In this document: piece after piece, positions 37,377-49,260 of the stretch
How the letters are laid out: the number at the start of each line of letters is the position of its first letter
Position numbering within the stretch: the stretch's first letter is position 1
From: a virus
Taxonomy: Duplodnaviria > Caudoviricetes
Length of the DNA stretch: 64,000 nt
Direction: 5' to 3' (one strand)
Virus record (IMG/VR): IMGVR_UViG_3300042009_000023
Span: 1-64,000 of that record
Made by a program: the position numbers and the translations under genes
Notes under the pieces: model-generated
Seen by the model: the letters and a program-made list of their open reading frames with translations, nothing else
Database searches by the model: none
What the model was told of the DNA's origin: nothing

Positions 37377-39182
37377 TTGGAAATTAGTAAATATTTTGCT
37401 TCGTTTTCCATGGATATCAATCAGGCTTCCATTAAGAAGGTTGATGAGACTTTAGACTTATTTGAGGCTCGACTTAAGAATTTCGGTAACTTCTCTGTCA
37501 ACCAGAGAAAGATGAATACAGCTTTAGGTAATGCGTTGGATATGGCAAGTGATAAACTTGTCTTTGAGATAAGCAGATTCTCTGTGAATCAAGCCGCACT
37601 AAATCGTGATGTTTCTAACGCAATGCTGCGTGCTAGCAATTCAACTTCGTTGAGAGTTAACCCATTAGTTCCACACGGCGGTGTTCCCTCGGGAGGACTA
37701 GCACGTTCTGCTGGTGCTGCTATTGGTGGTGGTTTAATTGGTCGCGGTGTTTCTGGATTGTATGGTCCAGCACTAGCATTAGGTTTAGGTGGTTATGGTC
37801 TAAGTGCTCTTAACCGACGTAACCAAGAAGTAGTTAGTGCCCAACTTCAAAGTTCTGCTGTTGTTCAGCAAGCTGGGGGTACGGCACAACAAGGAGCAGA
37901 GTCTTTTCAGTACTTGAGGTCCGAAGGGCAAAGAATTGGCTTCAACTACCTCGACTCTTCTGGGGATTATAATAAACTGATTGGGGGTCTTACAGGCTCC
38001 GGTATTGGTTTAAAAGAAAGTCAAAAAGTGTTTAGTGGATTTGCTGAACTTGCCCGTGTAAACAAACTTGATAAGACAACCCAGAACCGTTTGTTCCGAG
38101 CATTGTCTCAAGTGGCGGGTAAAGGTAAGTTGATGTCTGAGGAACTTACAGGCCAAATTGCAGAGGCACTTCCCGGTGGTACAGCACTTTTTGCACAAGC
38201 TTACCAAGCAAAAATTGGTGGTAATAAAACTGGAACTGAGGCTATTCAACAGCTTTTAGCTGACATGAAGAAAGGTAAAGTAACCAGCGATATCCTTACT
38301 TACGCAGGAGCAAGGGCCAGCGAGCAAGCGAATAAAGGCGGTGCATTAGGTACTGCATCTCAAGCATCTCAAGCTGAACAAGCTCGGTATCAAAACGCTG
38401 TGAACGATATGGCAGTGCTTGCTTCAGGTGCTGGCGTAGAAGAGGGTTTTGCCCGTATCTTTCGTACACTAAACGCGGGTTTGAGTGAGAGCGGTGACCT
38501 AGTAAGGATTCTATCCGAAGGCTTTAATGAAGCCACAAAATGGGCGGACGACTTACTCTTGTTTCCGCAATCTTTTGTAAGGGCTCTGGAAGGCAAGGAT
38601 AGCTTGGTTGGTGATTGGTTGGGCATAGATGGCTCAGGTCAACTAGTAGCGGATTGGAAGGAGATTAAGGTTCTGTGGGAACAAATTTCTGCGATCAAAC
38701 CTTCTGATCTGTTTGGTAACTTCTTACCTACTGTTGAGGCAACTGCAAGAGAAATTGCAGGTATTATGAACGCTGTTGCTGCATTTAAAACTTGGAACGA
38801 CAATGCGTCATCTGCCGCTGATATCGTCCAAGCTGATTCTGCTAGTCGTGGTGATGGTCCTATTTCAAGTGGCCTCGCTAGTCTATGGGGTAGTATAGCA
38901 GGAGCAAGTGCATATATCTCTACACCCTTTAGTGTTGACGAATCTAATCAGTATAAAGACCAAGTAGCTAATGATTACTCTCGCGGCGCACAAGCAATAG
39001 CTGATCAAGAGCAATTGAAAGCAGTGTCCCAGAATTTTGAGTTTCAAATTAATTTGAATATTGACCCCGTTACAATGGCTCAAATGGATGTTGCTGGTCA
39101 AGCTGATGCATTGGCTAACGAGTTTAAAGGGTTGGTTGCAGGCATGTTTGAACAAGCAAGTGTAAGCTTCCCAACAAAATAA
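37377..39182 (+). CDS. tape measure protein
   Basis: 601 aa, Ala/Gly-rich; ALSQVAGKGKLMSEELTGQIAE tape-measure domain motif. Confidence 0.9.
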   Translation: MEISKYFASFSMDINQASIKKVDETLDLFEARLKNFGNFSVNQRKMNTALGNALDMASDKLVFEISRFSVNQAALNRDVSNAMLRASNSTSLRVNPLVPHGGVPSGGLARSAGAAIGGGLIGRGVSGLYGPALALGLGGYGLSALNRRNQEVVSAQLQSSAVVQQAGGTAQQGAESFQYLRSEGQRIGFNYLDSSGDYNKLIGGLTGSGIGLKESQKVFSGFAELARVNKLDKTTQNRLFRALSQVAGKGKLMSEELTGQIAEALPGGTALFAQAYQAKIGGNKTGTEAIQQLLADMKKGKVTSDILTYAGARASEQANKGGALGTASQASQAEQARYQNAVNDMAVLASGAGVEEGFARIFRTLNAGLSESGDLVRILSEGFNEATKWADDLLLFPQSFVRALEGKDSLVGDWLGIDGSGQLVADWKEIKVLWEQISAIKPSDLFGNFLPTVEATAREIAGIMNAVAAFKTWNDNASSAADIVQADSASRGDGPISSGLASLWGSIAGASAYISTPFSVDESNQYKDQVANDYSRGAQAIADQEQLKAVSQNFEFQINLNIDPVTMAQMDVAGQADALANEFKGLVAGMFEQASVSFPTK

Positions 39183-39194
39183 TAAGGAGGCTCT

Positions 39195-42100
39195 ATGAGC
39201 TTGGCAATCGAGTGGGGCGACTCCTCTATTCAAAACGGAGGCTTCATCTATTGTGATGCAGTCTCTAGCTATACCCAAAATTATAAAGGTCAAGTCAGCA
39301 AACATCCCATCGACGCTGGCGGAAACATCACAGACCACTACATAAAAAGTAACCCAATCTTCACAATCGGTGCTGTAATTACTGGTGTTGATATTTCAAC
39401 TGGTACTTACTTGATTCAAGATCTGGATGGTAACTCACCTTACAACAGCAACGAAGCTCCTAATGCTGTCAGCGTAAACTCCACAGACCAAAGCGTTCTG
39501 AAGAAGTTTATTCCTGACAGCATTGGACAGTTTCTATCAGATAGTACTCCTGAAGTTATTGTAGATACAAGACGTGCTGATCTTCTTGAACAAATTAGGC
39601 AAGCTCTGATTGATCTTACTGCTGGTGTTGTCTTCAACGATAAGACTGGTCAATTCGATCCAAGTATTCAGCTTGTGCGTCTGTTTGAATATGATAACAC
39701 CCTTCTTCGTAAAGTCATTAACAACCTTGTAATGACAAATATCACTTTTAAAGAAGATCCTAACACTGGATATGGTTTGTACTGTGACATCACTTTTGAA
39801 CAAGTTACCTTTGCTTTCTTGAAGAAGACTGTTATCCCAAAAGATGTACAAGACTCTCTTAAAAAGAAAGCTTCAAGTAAGGCATCTAAAGGCAAACAAG
39901 ATAGTACACCACAAGATGTCGGTACTGGTGATTCTCCTAAAGACACTGACCCACTAAGACAGGCAAGGGAAAATGGCTGATAAATATATAGCAATGCCTT
40001 TGTTTAGTGATGCATATTACACTTACACAATGGCCTTTCAAGGTGACTCCTATATCTTTGAGTTTATCTATAATGAAAGGGCTAAGTTATACTTCATCAA
40101 TCTTTATGATGCTGATAACAATCCAATTGTTTTAGGTGAAGCCTTAGTTCCCGGTTACCCTTTGTTCTTAGATTATGCGATCTTTCCTCTCACCGGTTTT
40201 ATTTGGATGGAAGAGAAAGCAGATATCATTAGTGAGCCATATAAAGCTTATCCTGATTCTATTGATCAGTACTATAATTTGTTTTACATCTATACGGAAG
40301 AGTAATCGATGGATCTAATTCAGCGCAACAGAGTCTTTCAGTTAATCATTGGAGACTTTCAAACTGGCAATGGATTAGAAATCACTGATCTTCAAGTCAC
40401 TTTTGATATCTCTAAGTCAACAGACAACAAAAAGAAAACAAATAGTGCAGCTATAGAAGTTTATAATTTATCAACGGAACACATAAAGATACTCGACACA
40501 GACTATCCAGCAGCAGTCTTCAGTGCTGGATACTTAGATACTGGTGGTCCTAAAAGGCTGTTCTCTGGACAAGTGACTCACGTAACTACTCGCAAATCAG
40601 GTACGGACAGAATCACCCAGATTACTTTGGGAACTGGATACCAAGAACTGAACCATCAGATACTCTCAGAGTTTGTTCCTGAAGGTCAAAATCCTAAAGA
40701 TGCAGCAAACCGACTGATCAAAGCTATTGGTGCTGATCGTGGTGTATTCAACGGCACTAACTTGAATAATCCTCTTATCTATGGATACCCACTAAGTGGC
40801 ACACCAAAAGAGATGCTTGATGAGTTGTGTGAAAAGTATGCATGTAACTGGCAACTAGATGATGGTGTTGTTTATATACACGATAACGATAGAGCCAACA
40901 CAGAAAACTTTGAACAAGCTTATGTTATTTCTAAGTACACAGGCTTGATTGAAACCCCTTATCGTGTGTCTGGTGATCGTCGTAGGTCTAAGAAAGACAA
41001 AGCTAAGAAGCCCGGTATTCAAATGAAGATTCTTCTTAATCCAGATATTAAAGCTGGAGATATTATTTACCTAGAAGACACATTGATCACTGGCTGGCTT
41101 AAAGTTGATTCTTTGAGACACACAGGTGGTTGGCGTTCGTCAGGGTGGTATACGGAGATTCGTGCATCCAGCCTAGAGAAGGTTGTCAAGTCTTGAAAGG
41201 ATTAAACTCATGAGTGCAGAAGCTGTTGCCGCTATTCAAAGCACTATGATGAGTGCTTTCGATAGTCAAATGAATAACGTTTATACCATAATCCCATGTA
41301 TCGTAGTTGCTGTGAGAGATGGCCTTAATGGTCAGATGGTTGATATTCAACCCGCTATCAATCAGAAAGCTCAAGACGGCACTGTAAAAGAGTACCCCAC
41401 TATTGGTGGTGTTCCAGTAAGCTTCCAAGTATCCAAGAAAGCCGGTTTTACATTCCCTATTGAAGTTGGTGATACTGGTACAGCAATGTTCTCCATGAGA
41501 AACATGGATGGTTGGAAAGGTGGGAACGGTAGGCCATCAAGTCCTATGAACTTTGCCAAGATGGATAAAGGAGATGCTATCTTTCTTCCGGGTATTCAAC
41601 CCCCCGGTGTTGCTGTAAACAATCCAGCAAAGCATGTTCTTACTCACGATACTAAGGACACCGTGATGTTTGGTAACTTGGGTAGTGTAGAGGCTGAAGT
41701 AAGGATTAAGCTAGATGGCAGCATTGAGATTAACACTTCCAATCAGCCAGTGATTATTAACTGCTCTGAAGCTACAATCAACGCTACCACAAGTGTAGAT
41801 ATTAACACTCCTTTATTTAATGTGACAGCGGATCAAACCAACTGGATTGGAAATATTGATCTACAAGGTTCTTTGGTTCAAACTGGCGGCTATACCCAGA
41901 CTGGTGTTGCTACTTTCAACGGGATAATTTTCTCTACCCATGATCATATTCCCGGTCCCGGACCTTCTAATCCTTGAGGAGTTATCTTGGATCTATTATT
42001 GAATGTTGATACAAACGATGCAGTGTGGGTGAACGGCCCACTCACTAAAGAATTCACTACTCAGCCTTTTACTCAAACAGTTGAACAAAGGTTAAGGATT

Positions 42101-42361
42101 AGACTTCAGACTTTTTTGGAAGAATACTTCTGGGACACCACTTACGGAATTCCCTATTTTCAACGCCTGCTGGGCAAGAAGCAAACCAGTAAAGCTGCTG
42201 CTGATCTAATTTTTCAAACCAATATCCTAGCAGAAGTTGGAGTCAAAGAGATTGTTTCTTTCGATTCAACTTTTGTAAATCGTGTCTACTCATTAACTTT
42301 CAGAGTTAAAGTAGTTGATGGGACTATTTCCAGTCCAATAGTAATTAACAATATAAATTAA
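39195..42361 (+). CDS. baseplate genes: 39195-39980 (Dit-like), 39973-40305, 40309-41196 (hub), ~41210-41977 (spike), 41987-42361 (gp25/gpW-like wedge)
   Basis: Order after the tape measure; VSKHPID; GDTG..MFSMR; terminal F.THDH spike motif; RLQTFLEEYFWD..YGIPY. Confidence 0.75.
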
Positions 42362-42370
42362 GGAATCACT

Positions 42371-43810
42371 ATGGCTGGAGTAACAGATGCTGGCTTTGTT
42401 ATTAAAAGACTTACTGAAATCTACGGAAGCAAAGCCGCTCTAGCTGTACAGTTGTTTCAGGATCTTGTGGCTGTCGGTGATATCGTAGATACGGGTCCAA
42501 GTTCTATTATCGGACGATTGATTGCTTTAGATTCCCCAAGCGAAGCAGACCTCTGGGAAGCCGCCCAAGAAGTCTATGCAGCCTTTGACCCAAACTCTGC
42601 AACAGGTATTGCTCTCGACAACCTTGTAGCTTATGCGGGCATTACCCGCAAAGAACAAACATTTACAACTTCCTCTATTCTTGTAGCTGGCGACACTAAC
42701 ACACTAATCCCTGTAGGACAGACTGTAAGTAGCTCTACAACAGGGGAGCAATTCACTACAGTTGGCGCTATTTCTCTATCTCCAAGCAACGCTAGCGGCA
42801 TCACCGTATCAGTAGTCACCTTACAGAATAGCACAGCTTACACCATCACTTATGCCAACACAACCACCACTAACACCATCACATATACATCTGATGCTAG
42901 TGCTACTGTTGCTGAAATCTTGGCTGGGTTGCAAAGTGTTATTGCTGGTGCTCATCCTAGCCTAGTATCCTCTGTTGTTGGCACAACCCTTATAATTGAT
43001 CGTGTTGATATCTTCCAAACTGTAAACTTCACTACTTCAGTTAACCTTGGCATTAACAAAGTAAGAACAGTTGGTGAAGTAGTTGCTATAGAATCCGGTA
43101 TTATTGAACAGCCTGCAAACACCATTGATACCATCCTCACACCAATGCTTGGTTGGGATAGTGTAATCAACCCAATTGCAGCCACTCCCGGTGAAGATCG
43201 AGAGACAGACGAACAGCTTCGTCTTAGGTTTCGCAATGGTAAGTTTGACCGTGCAACTAACACACTAGATGCTATTTACTCTGCTCTTATCAATCTTGAT
43301 AACGTCAGTGAAGTGACTATCTATGAGAATGACACAAGTGTCGTAGACGGTAATGGTGTTCCTGCACACAGCTTCCTCCCAATTGTTTCTGGTGGTTTGT
43401 CTACAGACATTGCTAATGCAATTTGGGATAACAAGCCTGTTGGTATTTTGAGTTATGGGAACACTACAGTAAGCATCTCTGATATCCAAGGTTTCCCTCA
43501 CGATGTTAGTTTCTCTAGGGCAGACCCTGTAGTTGTTTATATTAGTATGGACATTACAACAGATGTTAACTTCCCGGCAAATGGGAACGATGCCATCAAA
43601 TCGGCACTACTGGATTACTTCACTGTGAACTTTGGTACTGGCGATGATGTAATTTACAGCCGTCTGTATACGCCTATCAATAGCATTCCGGGCCACGAAG
43701 TTAACAGTCTATATATTGGAACTTCTCCTAGTCCTACTGGAGTTGTTAATATTCCAATCAGCTTCGATAGCATAGCCAGTCTCAACACCAGTAACATCAC
43801 CATCACCTAA
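42371..43810 (+). CDS. baseplate J-like wedge protein with an inserted domain
   Basis: DPNSATGIALD, GEDRETDEQLR.R, PAHS, IWDNKPVGI. Confidence 0.85.
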   Translation: MAGVTDAGFVIKRLTEIYGSKAALAVQLFQDLVAVGDIVDTGPSSIIGRLIALDSPSEADLWEAAQEVYAAFDPNSATGIALDNLVAYAGITRKEQTFTTSSILVAGDTNTLIPVGQTVSSSTTGEQFTTVGAISLSPSNASGITVSVVTLQNSTAYTITYANTTTTNTITYTSDASATVAEILAGLQSVIAGAHPSLVSSVVGTTLIIDRVDIFQTVNFTTSVNLGINKVRTVGEVVAIESGIIEQPANTIDTILTPMLGWDSVINPIAATPGEDRETDEQLRLRFRNGKFDRATNTLDAIYSALINLDNVSEVTIYENDTSVVDGNGVPAHSFLPIVSGGLSTDIANAIWDNKPVGILSYGNTTVSISDIQGFPHDVSFSRADPVVVYISMDITTDVNFPANGNDAIKSALLDYFTVNFGTGDDVIYSRLYTPINSIPGHEVNSLYIGTSPSPTGVVNIPISFDSIASLNTSNITIT

Positions 43811-43821
43811 AGGAGAAATAA

Positions 43822-44712
43822 ATGTCTGAGATTTCTCCTTTTGAGATTCAAGATTATCTAGAAGTTGCCCGCTCACGAGTGACGGAGCAGTTCAAAGATA
43901 AACAGGTCTTTGATTTTTATCTCCAACTCCTCCTCGGCGGAAAGATTGAACTTCAAGAAGTCTTCCGTCAACTTATGCAAGAGCGCTCTATTGACACTGC
44001 TGTTGGCGCTCAGTTAGATATTGTTGGTGAGATTGTTGGTCAACCAAGAGAGCTTATTGATACAGCTCTCTTAACATACTTTGCTTATCTTGGTTATCCA
44101 AATGCTCAATCTTTCGGTGACTTGGATAACTCAAGTGTCGGTGGATATTACAGAGGAGTTGATGATCCTCTTGCTGGTAATACACTTTTAAACGATGAGC
44201 AATACAGGCTTTTTATCAAAGCCAAGATTATCAAGAATAATACAAACGCTACACCTAACCAGATACTTGATTTTATTAAGTTCGTATTTGGTAGTGATGT
44301 TAACCAACTCGTTGAAGAAGGTGATGCAGCTTACACTTTGCTTATTGGTAAAGAACTTACTGATTTTGAGAAAGTGCTACTGACGTATGTGAGCTATTCA
44401 AGTGGTTATCCTTCTAGATTTGTTCCAAAACCTATTGGTGTAAGAGTTAATTACGGGACATTTATCTCTGGGGGTGCTTTTGCATTCCAAGGGGTTCCGG
44501 GTGCTAAAGGGTATGGTGATCTTCTCTCAGGTACGTTTGGATATGGCTTAGGTTATGGGATGTCTTACGGTGATAGCGATTATGGGTTGGGTATCCCTAC
44601 TTGGTCTTACACCTATGATGGCTCAACTTTGTATGACGGTATTTTCGATTACATTTCAATCCCCACATATGACGGAAGTTTTGATGGTGGTAGATATGCC
44701 TCTTTGCTCTAA
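43822..44712 (+). CDS. baseplate wedge protein (DUF2612-like) with a YG/YDG-rich tail
   Basis: AVGAQLDIVGEIVG, LNDEQYR.FIKAKI. Confidence 0.75.
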   Translation: MSEISPFEIQDYLEVARSRVTEQFKDKQVFDFYLQLLLGGKIELQEVFRQLMQERSIDTAVGAQLDIVGEIVGQPRELIDTALLTYFAYLGYPNAQSFGDLDNSSVGGYYRGVDDPLAGNTLLNDEQYRLFIKAKIIKNNTNATPNQILDFIKFVFGSDVNQLVEEGDAAYTLLIGKELTDFEKVLLTYVSYSSGYPSRFVPKPIGVRVNYGTFISGGAFAFQGVPGAKGYGDLLSGTFGYGLGYGMSYGDSDYGLGIPTWSYTYDGSTLYDGIFDYISIPTYDGSFDGGRYASLL

Positions 44713-44736
44713 AAGGATCTGTCCAAGGACAACACA

Positions 44737-46032
44737 ATGACAAATTTAATTGAAACTCCGCTGTATGAGCCGGGTATCTTCCAGATAGAGACGACCACTC
44801 CAGTGAATGGTGGACAACCTGCTATTGTTGATGGAAGTCCTGTAGCTGGGCATTCTAATGCTCAAGCTTTGCAGTTGGCTAATCGTACGGGTTATTTGAA
44901 GGAACAAGTTGATGGATTGGCTGTAGAAGTGAGTTCAAAGAGGTTTGAAGGTACGGCATCTGATGATTCTGGTACACCTGATGCAGTTTTCAAAGTTGTA
45001 AGAACTCACAGTCTCGCCACATCTCCTCATGGGTTTAGAGATCAAACCACCTTTAATCCGTCAGCGCCTGCTGTGGCAGCAGCCTGCTTTGATGCTGCAC
45101 TGGAATCTATCGGGTCTCAGAATATTGACCACACTATTGGATTTCAAGCGAGACTGACACACTCAGGTTCCGGTACAATTACAAACCTGTATGGTGGTGG
45201 GTCTTTCAACATCATAAATGGTCCTGTTTCGAACGCTTACGCATACTACGCACAAGATCGTGCGAATGTGGCCGTAGGTCTTATGAACGGAGCCTATTTC
45301 CGTCCAGCAATCTTTGCCAACGTCACAAATGCGTATGGGTTTGTGCATGCGCCAGCTATTAACTCTGGAACCGTCACAAACAGTATTGGTTTCAGGGTAG
45401 AGACGGCTGACGGGGCAGGTTCTCTTACAAATGAATATGGCCTTTATATTAAGGCGCTTACCAAGGGGACAAACAAGCATCCGCTTTATATTGAGACTAC
45501 TTCAGGCGATAATTACATTGGGACTAAGACCCAACACGATGCCTTGTTTCAAGTTGGTGGTAGCGCTAGACTCTCCGTAGGTGGTGCTACAGGCTCTGCC
45601 TTCCCACAAATAACCTATAACTATGATCCCGTTCTTAATCAGTACATTGCCACTACGGAAGCTTCCGGTTTCTTGTGGTCAGGGACGAACTTTTCTTTTC
45701 GCCACGCCTTATCTGGTACAGCCGGAACTACTCCGACGTTCTCTACACTTCTAAACATCAGAACAACGAACGATGCAAACTACAAAGCTGTTTTTGCTGG
45801 AGCAGATAATGCCCAACAGCTTGGGTTGTCAACAGTAAGATGGGCTCAGACATATTCTAGAGAATTTAGACCGGGGAGCGGTGCCCCAATTTGGACATCC
45901 GGTGTAGGTACACCGGAAGGTGTAGTAACGGCGCCGATAGGGTCTATGTTCACGAGAACAGATGGTGGTGCAAACACAACTCTCTACGTCAAAGAGTCTG
46001 GCGCTAGTAATACGGGGTGGGTTGCTAAGTGA
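44737..46032 (+). CDS. tail fibre / receptor-binding protein 1
   Basis: SNAQALQLANRT anchor; C-terminal GTPEGVVTAPIGS...DGGANTTLYVKESG..NTGW.AK. Confidence 0.75.
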   Translation: MTNLIETPLYEPGIFQIETTTPVNGGQPAIVDGSPVAGHSNAQALQLANRTGYLKEQVDGLAVEVSSKRFEGTASDDSGTPDAVFKVVRTHSLATSPHGFRDQTTFNPSAPAVAAACFDAALESIGSQNIDHTIGFQARLTHSGSGTITNLYGGGSFNIINGPVSNAYAYYAQDRANVAVGLMNGAYFRPAIFANVTNAYGFVHAPAINSGTVTNSIGFRVETADGAGSLTNEYGLYIKALTKGTNKHPLYIETTSGDNYIGTKTQHDALFQVGGSARLSVGGATGSAFPQITYNYDPVLNQYIATTEASGFLWSGTNFSFRHALSGTAGTTPTFSTLLNIRTTNDANYKAVFAGADNAQQLGLSTVRWAQTYSREFRPGSGAPIWTSGVGTPEGVVTAPIGSMFTRTDGGANTTLYVKESGASNTGWVAK

Positions 46033-46066
46033 CCGACTACTTAAAAGAATTTAAGGAATAAAAATA

Positions 46067-48106
46067 ATGGCCTCAGAATTATCCCCGTTCGTAGAAGCAA
46101 ACTACGGCTGGCCTTTTGGTAGTAGCGGCTGGAATTTGGATATGGATCAGAACTTGGTTAAGTTCTCCTATCTCCATGACCGTAACATCGATGCTATCGT
46201 TTCAAGCCTCCCAGCTATTGCAGATGGTACAGCTTATTTTAATACTGCTGATAACCGTCTTTACTTTGATGCTGAAGGTGTAAGGTATTCGTCTCCGACT
46301 CCCAAGTGGTTCATTGTTACTTTGAGGAGTACAGGGACTCCTTATCAGTTTGATGGTACAAACCTCACGACCACTATTGTTGATATGGTATCTTCTGTTG
46401 CGGGCCAGTCTGGTGTAGTTACTCTGACTAAATCAGATGTTGGCCTAAGTAACGTAGATAACACAAGTGATATCAACAAGCCTGTGAGCACAGCTCAACA
46501 GACAGCACTAAACCTGAAGACGAATATCTCAGATTTGGCTGATTCCTCAGACTCACTAAAGGGTAATGGGTTGGTTGGATTCCTCCCAGCAGGTACAGGT
46601 GCCGTTGGGCGTACTGCCTTGTCTAAGAGCAGGGAGCGCGTCACAGTCTTTGATTTCATGTCTGCATCGATGATTGCGGATAGCCAAACCGGCACACCAA
46701 CTCTAGACCACATGCCTGCATTCCTCCTTGCCCGTACATATGCATTGGCCGTTGGAGCTAAATTAATTGTCCCGACCGGGTACTACCGTTGGGATGGTTC
46801 AACTACTTTTGAAGTAGATCTGGGTAAGTTTAGTTTCGAGGGCGAGGGTAAAGTAACTATCGATTGTACCAACTTCACTGGCACTAACGCGATTCAAGTG
46901 TACTCTTCCTTAACCTATCCAAGTGCAGCTTATTACAATGATATTCACCGCTTCTCTGGTATGTTCTTCAAAGGGGCACTGGTGTCAGGTCGGCATGGAA
47001 TGCTCACTGGTCATGCCACCAACGGCTACAATGGACAATGTTCAATCTGGAACGTGACGTTCGCAAAGTTTGATCGTAACCTGCACTGCACCACCAACAG
47101 TTGGCGCTATTCATTTTGGAACTGTAACTTTACTGACGCACTGACTAGGATTTGGCATGTCCCTGCTGGCTTAGCTAACTCCGGAGAAGTGTTTGATTTC
47201 TACCACTGCCAACTGTTTGATGGTGCTGGTGATATAGAAATTGCGTGCAACTCATTCACAGTTAACTTCCACGGGTGTTCAATTCTAAACACTATCCTAC
47301 TTATTAGTGGGCAAGGGGTTAAGGTTGATTTCTTTGGCGGTAATTTGGAGAATCCGGGTGCCGGAGCTTTCTACGAATATATCAATATCACTGGAAATAC
47401 TTGTCACGTAATTCTTCACGGGACCACTATCCCAATGAATCAGGCAACACTGTTCACCGACTGTCCATTCAAAGTTGCAGCTAATAGTGTGCTTGACTTC
47501 ATCGGTGTGAGATTTCCTGATGGAAGCTTCGCTTTTGATACCTCGGGTGGGTCCTTCAGCTTCTGTTCGGGGGCTGGTGTTGTAAGGGCTACTGATTGCT
47601 CTTTCCAACCACTCTCAGGTGGCAACAAGCCAAACTTAGGTTTCCCTGCACAGCAACTTGCTAACGGTGATTTTGAAACTGGCACTACTGCTGGGTGGAC
47701 TACAACTACTACAGGAGGTGGTGGTACAGCCACGGTTAATGCTGGTGCGGCTCAAAGTGGCAGTTTTGGTCTGCACTTGGTTGCAAACGCAGCATCAAGC
47801 GGAATCACTTTAGCACAGACTTATCCAGTGAGCGCTGGTCAGATGTGCATGTTTGGGGCTGCTGTTAAATGCGATGTTGTTGCAACATCAGGTAATGCTT
47901 TACAGTTTTCCTTCACTTTTAAAGATTTAGTTGGGACCACCTTGCTTTCTGGGGCTAGTAACGTAACTGGTTTGACTTCCTACATCACCATAGGTAAATC
48001 TTTGACTAGGTATGCCCCGAGAGGCACTGCAACTGTTACTGTCCAAGTAACTGCATCCAACGGAGCTGACGTTTCGGTAGACAATGTAATTTTCAATACC
48101 CTATAA
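46067..48106 (+). CDS. tailspike / putative depolymerase (beta-helix plus C-terminal CBM-like domain)
   Basis: LSNVDNTSD..KP stalk; L.VPTGYY beta-helix entry; LANGDFETG..AGW CBM-like start. Confidence 0.7.
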   Translation: MASELSPFVEANYGWPFGSSGWNLDMDQNLVKFSYLHDRNIDAIVSSLPAIADGTAYFNTADNRLYFDAEGVRYSSPTPKWFIVTLRSTGTPYQFDGTNLTTTIVDMVSSVAGQSGVVTLTKSDVGLSNVDNTSDINKPVSTAQQTALNLKTNISDLADSSDSLKGNGLVGFLPAGTGAVGRTALSKSRERVTVFDFMSASMIADSQTGTPTLDHMPAFLLARTYALAVGAKLIVPTGYYRWDGSTTFEVDLGKFSFEGEGKVTIDCTNFTGTNAIQVYSSLTYPSAAYYNDIHRFSGMFFKGALVSGRHGMLTGHATNGYNGQCSIWNVTFAKFDRNLHCTTNSWRYSFWNCNFTDALTRIWHVPAGLANSGEVFDFYHCQLFDGAGDIEIACNSFTVNFHGCSILNTILLISGQGVKVDFFGGNLENPGAGAFYEYINITGNTCHVILHGTTIPMNQATLFTDCPFKVAANSVLDFIGVRFPDGSFAFDTSGGSFSFCSGAGVVRATDCSFQPLSGGNKPNLGFPAQQLANGDFETGTTAGWTTTTTGGGGTATVNAGAAQSGSFGLHLVANAASSGITLAQTYPVSAGQMCMFGAAVKCDVVATSGNALQFSFTFKDLVGTTLLSGASNVTGLTSYITIGKSLTRYAPRGTATVTVQVTASNGADVSVDNVIFNTL

Positions 48107-48119
48107 GGTGGCCATTTAA

Positions 48120-49238
48120 ATGTCCGAGATTTCAAAACCTGACTACACATACCTGTGGTCCTCTGGGGGCTCTATCGTAGCCCCCAGTAATGTAAAAGTA
48201 CAAACAGGGTGGACTGCTGAAGTCCCTCCTTTCCAATGGGAAAACTGGAGTCAGAATCGTCAAGATACTGCCATTGCTCATATTCTTCAAAAGGGTGTGA
48301 GTGTTTGGTCATCCACTGGTGAGTATTACTTCACAACTTCTGGTGAACGTTCCTATGTTCAAGGAAGTGATGGTAATATTTATGTAGCTGTAGCTGATAA
48401 TGTTGGTCAAGATCCTACTACCGATTCTACAGATACTTATTGGAAGATTGCTTTCATTGATCAAACTGCCCTCACTACTGCATTGAATGCCAATGGTCCT
48501 GTAGTGGCATCTATGCGTAACGACAGAATGTCTGTTCCTACAGCGGCTGCTACAGCTACCTTCACTGCTGATGAAGTGGTAGTTAAAAGTGCTTTGGGTG
48601 GGCTGGTTAAAACCCTTCCAAGTTTCTCTGCCTCTATCAACTTGGCAACCACTGGTGCTGGAGGCATGAACTCAGGTACTGCTCCTGTCAATGGTTTTGT
48701 AGCCTTGTACGCTATTTATAATCCTACAACTAGTACAGCAGCAATGTTGGCTGTAAATGCTACTGCCCTTGCAGCAACATCTATTGCTAGTCCTTTGGCA
48801 ATGCCTGCTGGCTATACAATGTCTGCCTTGGTTAGTACTTGGGCTACAGATGGTTCTAGCTTGTTTAAGGTAGGTTTTCAAGCTAATAGATTTGTTAGTA
48901 TTCTTAGCACTACAGCCATCAGCACTACTACAGCGAATGCTTCATTCACATCCCTCAGTATCTCTAGTATTGTTCCTTTGAATGCTGTTGGTGTGAAATG
49001 TCGGGCTAACATTGCAGCCACCGATACTAACGTTACAGCAACAGCAGCTCTTGCAGGATCGAGTAGCGGTGTTGGTAGTTCAACTACACAGATTACTTCT
49101 AGCTCTGGTGGTAGTGGTATCACTGCTGAAATGGGGATTATTCCTATCATTACAGCACAAACTATCTACTACCTAGATGTGGTGGGCTCTGGTACTGTTG
49201 CTGCATTTAGCATCACAGTTTCTGGTTATGAACTTTAA
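48120..49238 (+). CDS. tail fibre protein 2
   Basis: W.SGG...K.QTGW...PP.QWENW.QNRQD N-terminus. Confidence 0.75.
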   Translation: MSEISKPDYTYLWSSGGSIVAPSNVKVQTGWTAEVPPFQWENWSQNRQDTAIAHILQKGVSVWSSTGEYYFTTSGERSYVQGSDGNIYVAVADNVGQDPTTDSTDTYWKIAFIDQTALTTALNANGPVVASMRNDRMSVPTAAATATFTADEVVVKSALGGLVKTLPSFSASINLATTGAGGMNSGTAPVNGFVALYAIYNPTTSTAAMLAVNATALAATSIASPLAMPAGYTMSALVSTWATDGSSLFKVGFQANRFVSILSTTAISTTTANASFTSLSISSIVPLNAVGVKCRANIAATDTNVTATAALAGSSSGVGSSTTQITSSSGGSGITAEMGIIPIITAQTIYYLDVVGSGTVAAFSITVSGYEL

Positions 49239-49260
49239 GGAGGCTGGCTAAAGCCATAAC

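Noticed and set aside
43822-44712. YG/YDG low-complexity tail as a novel repeat system
   Set aside because: Short YDG motifs are a common feature of baseplate wedge C-termini.
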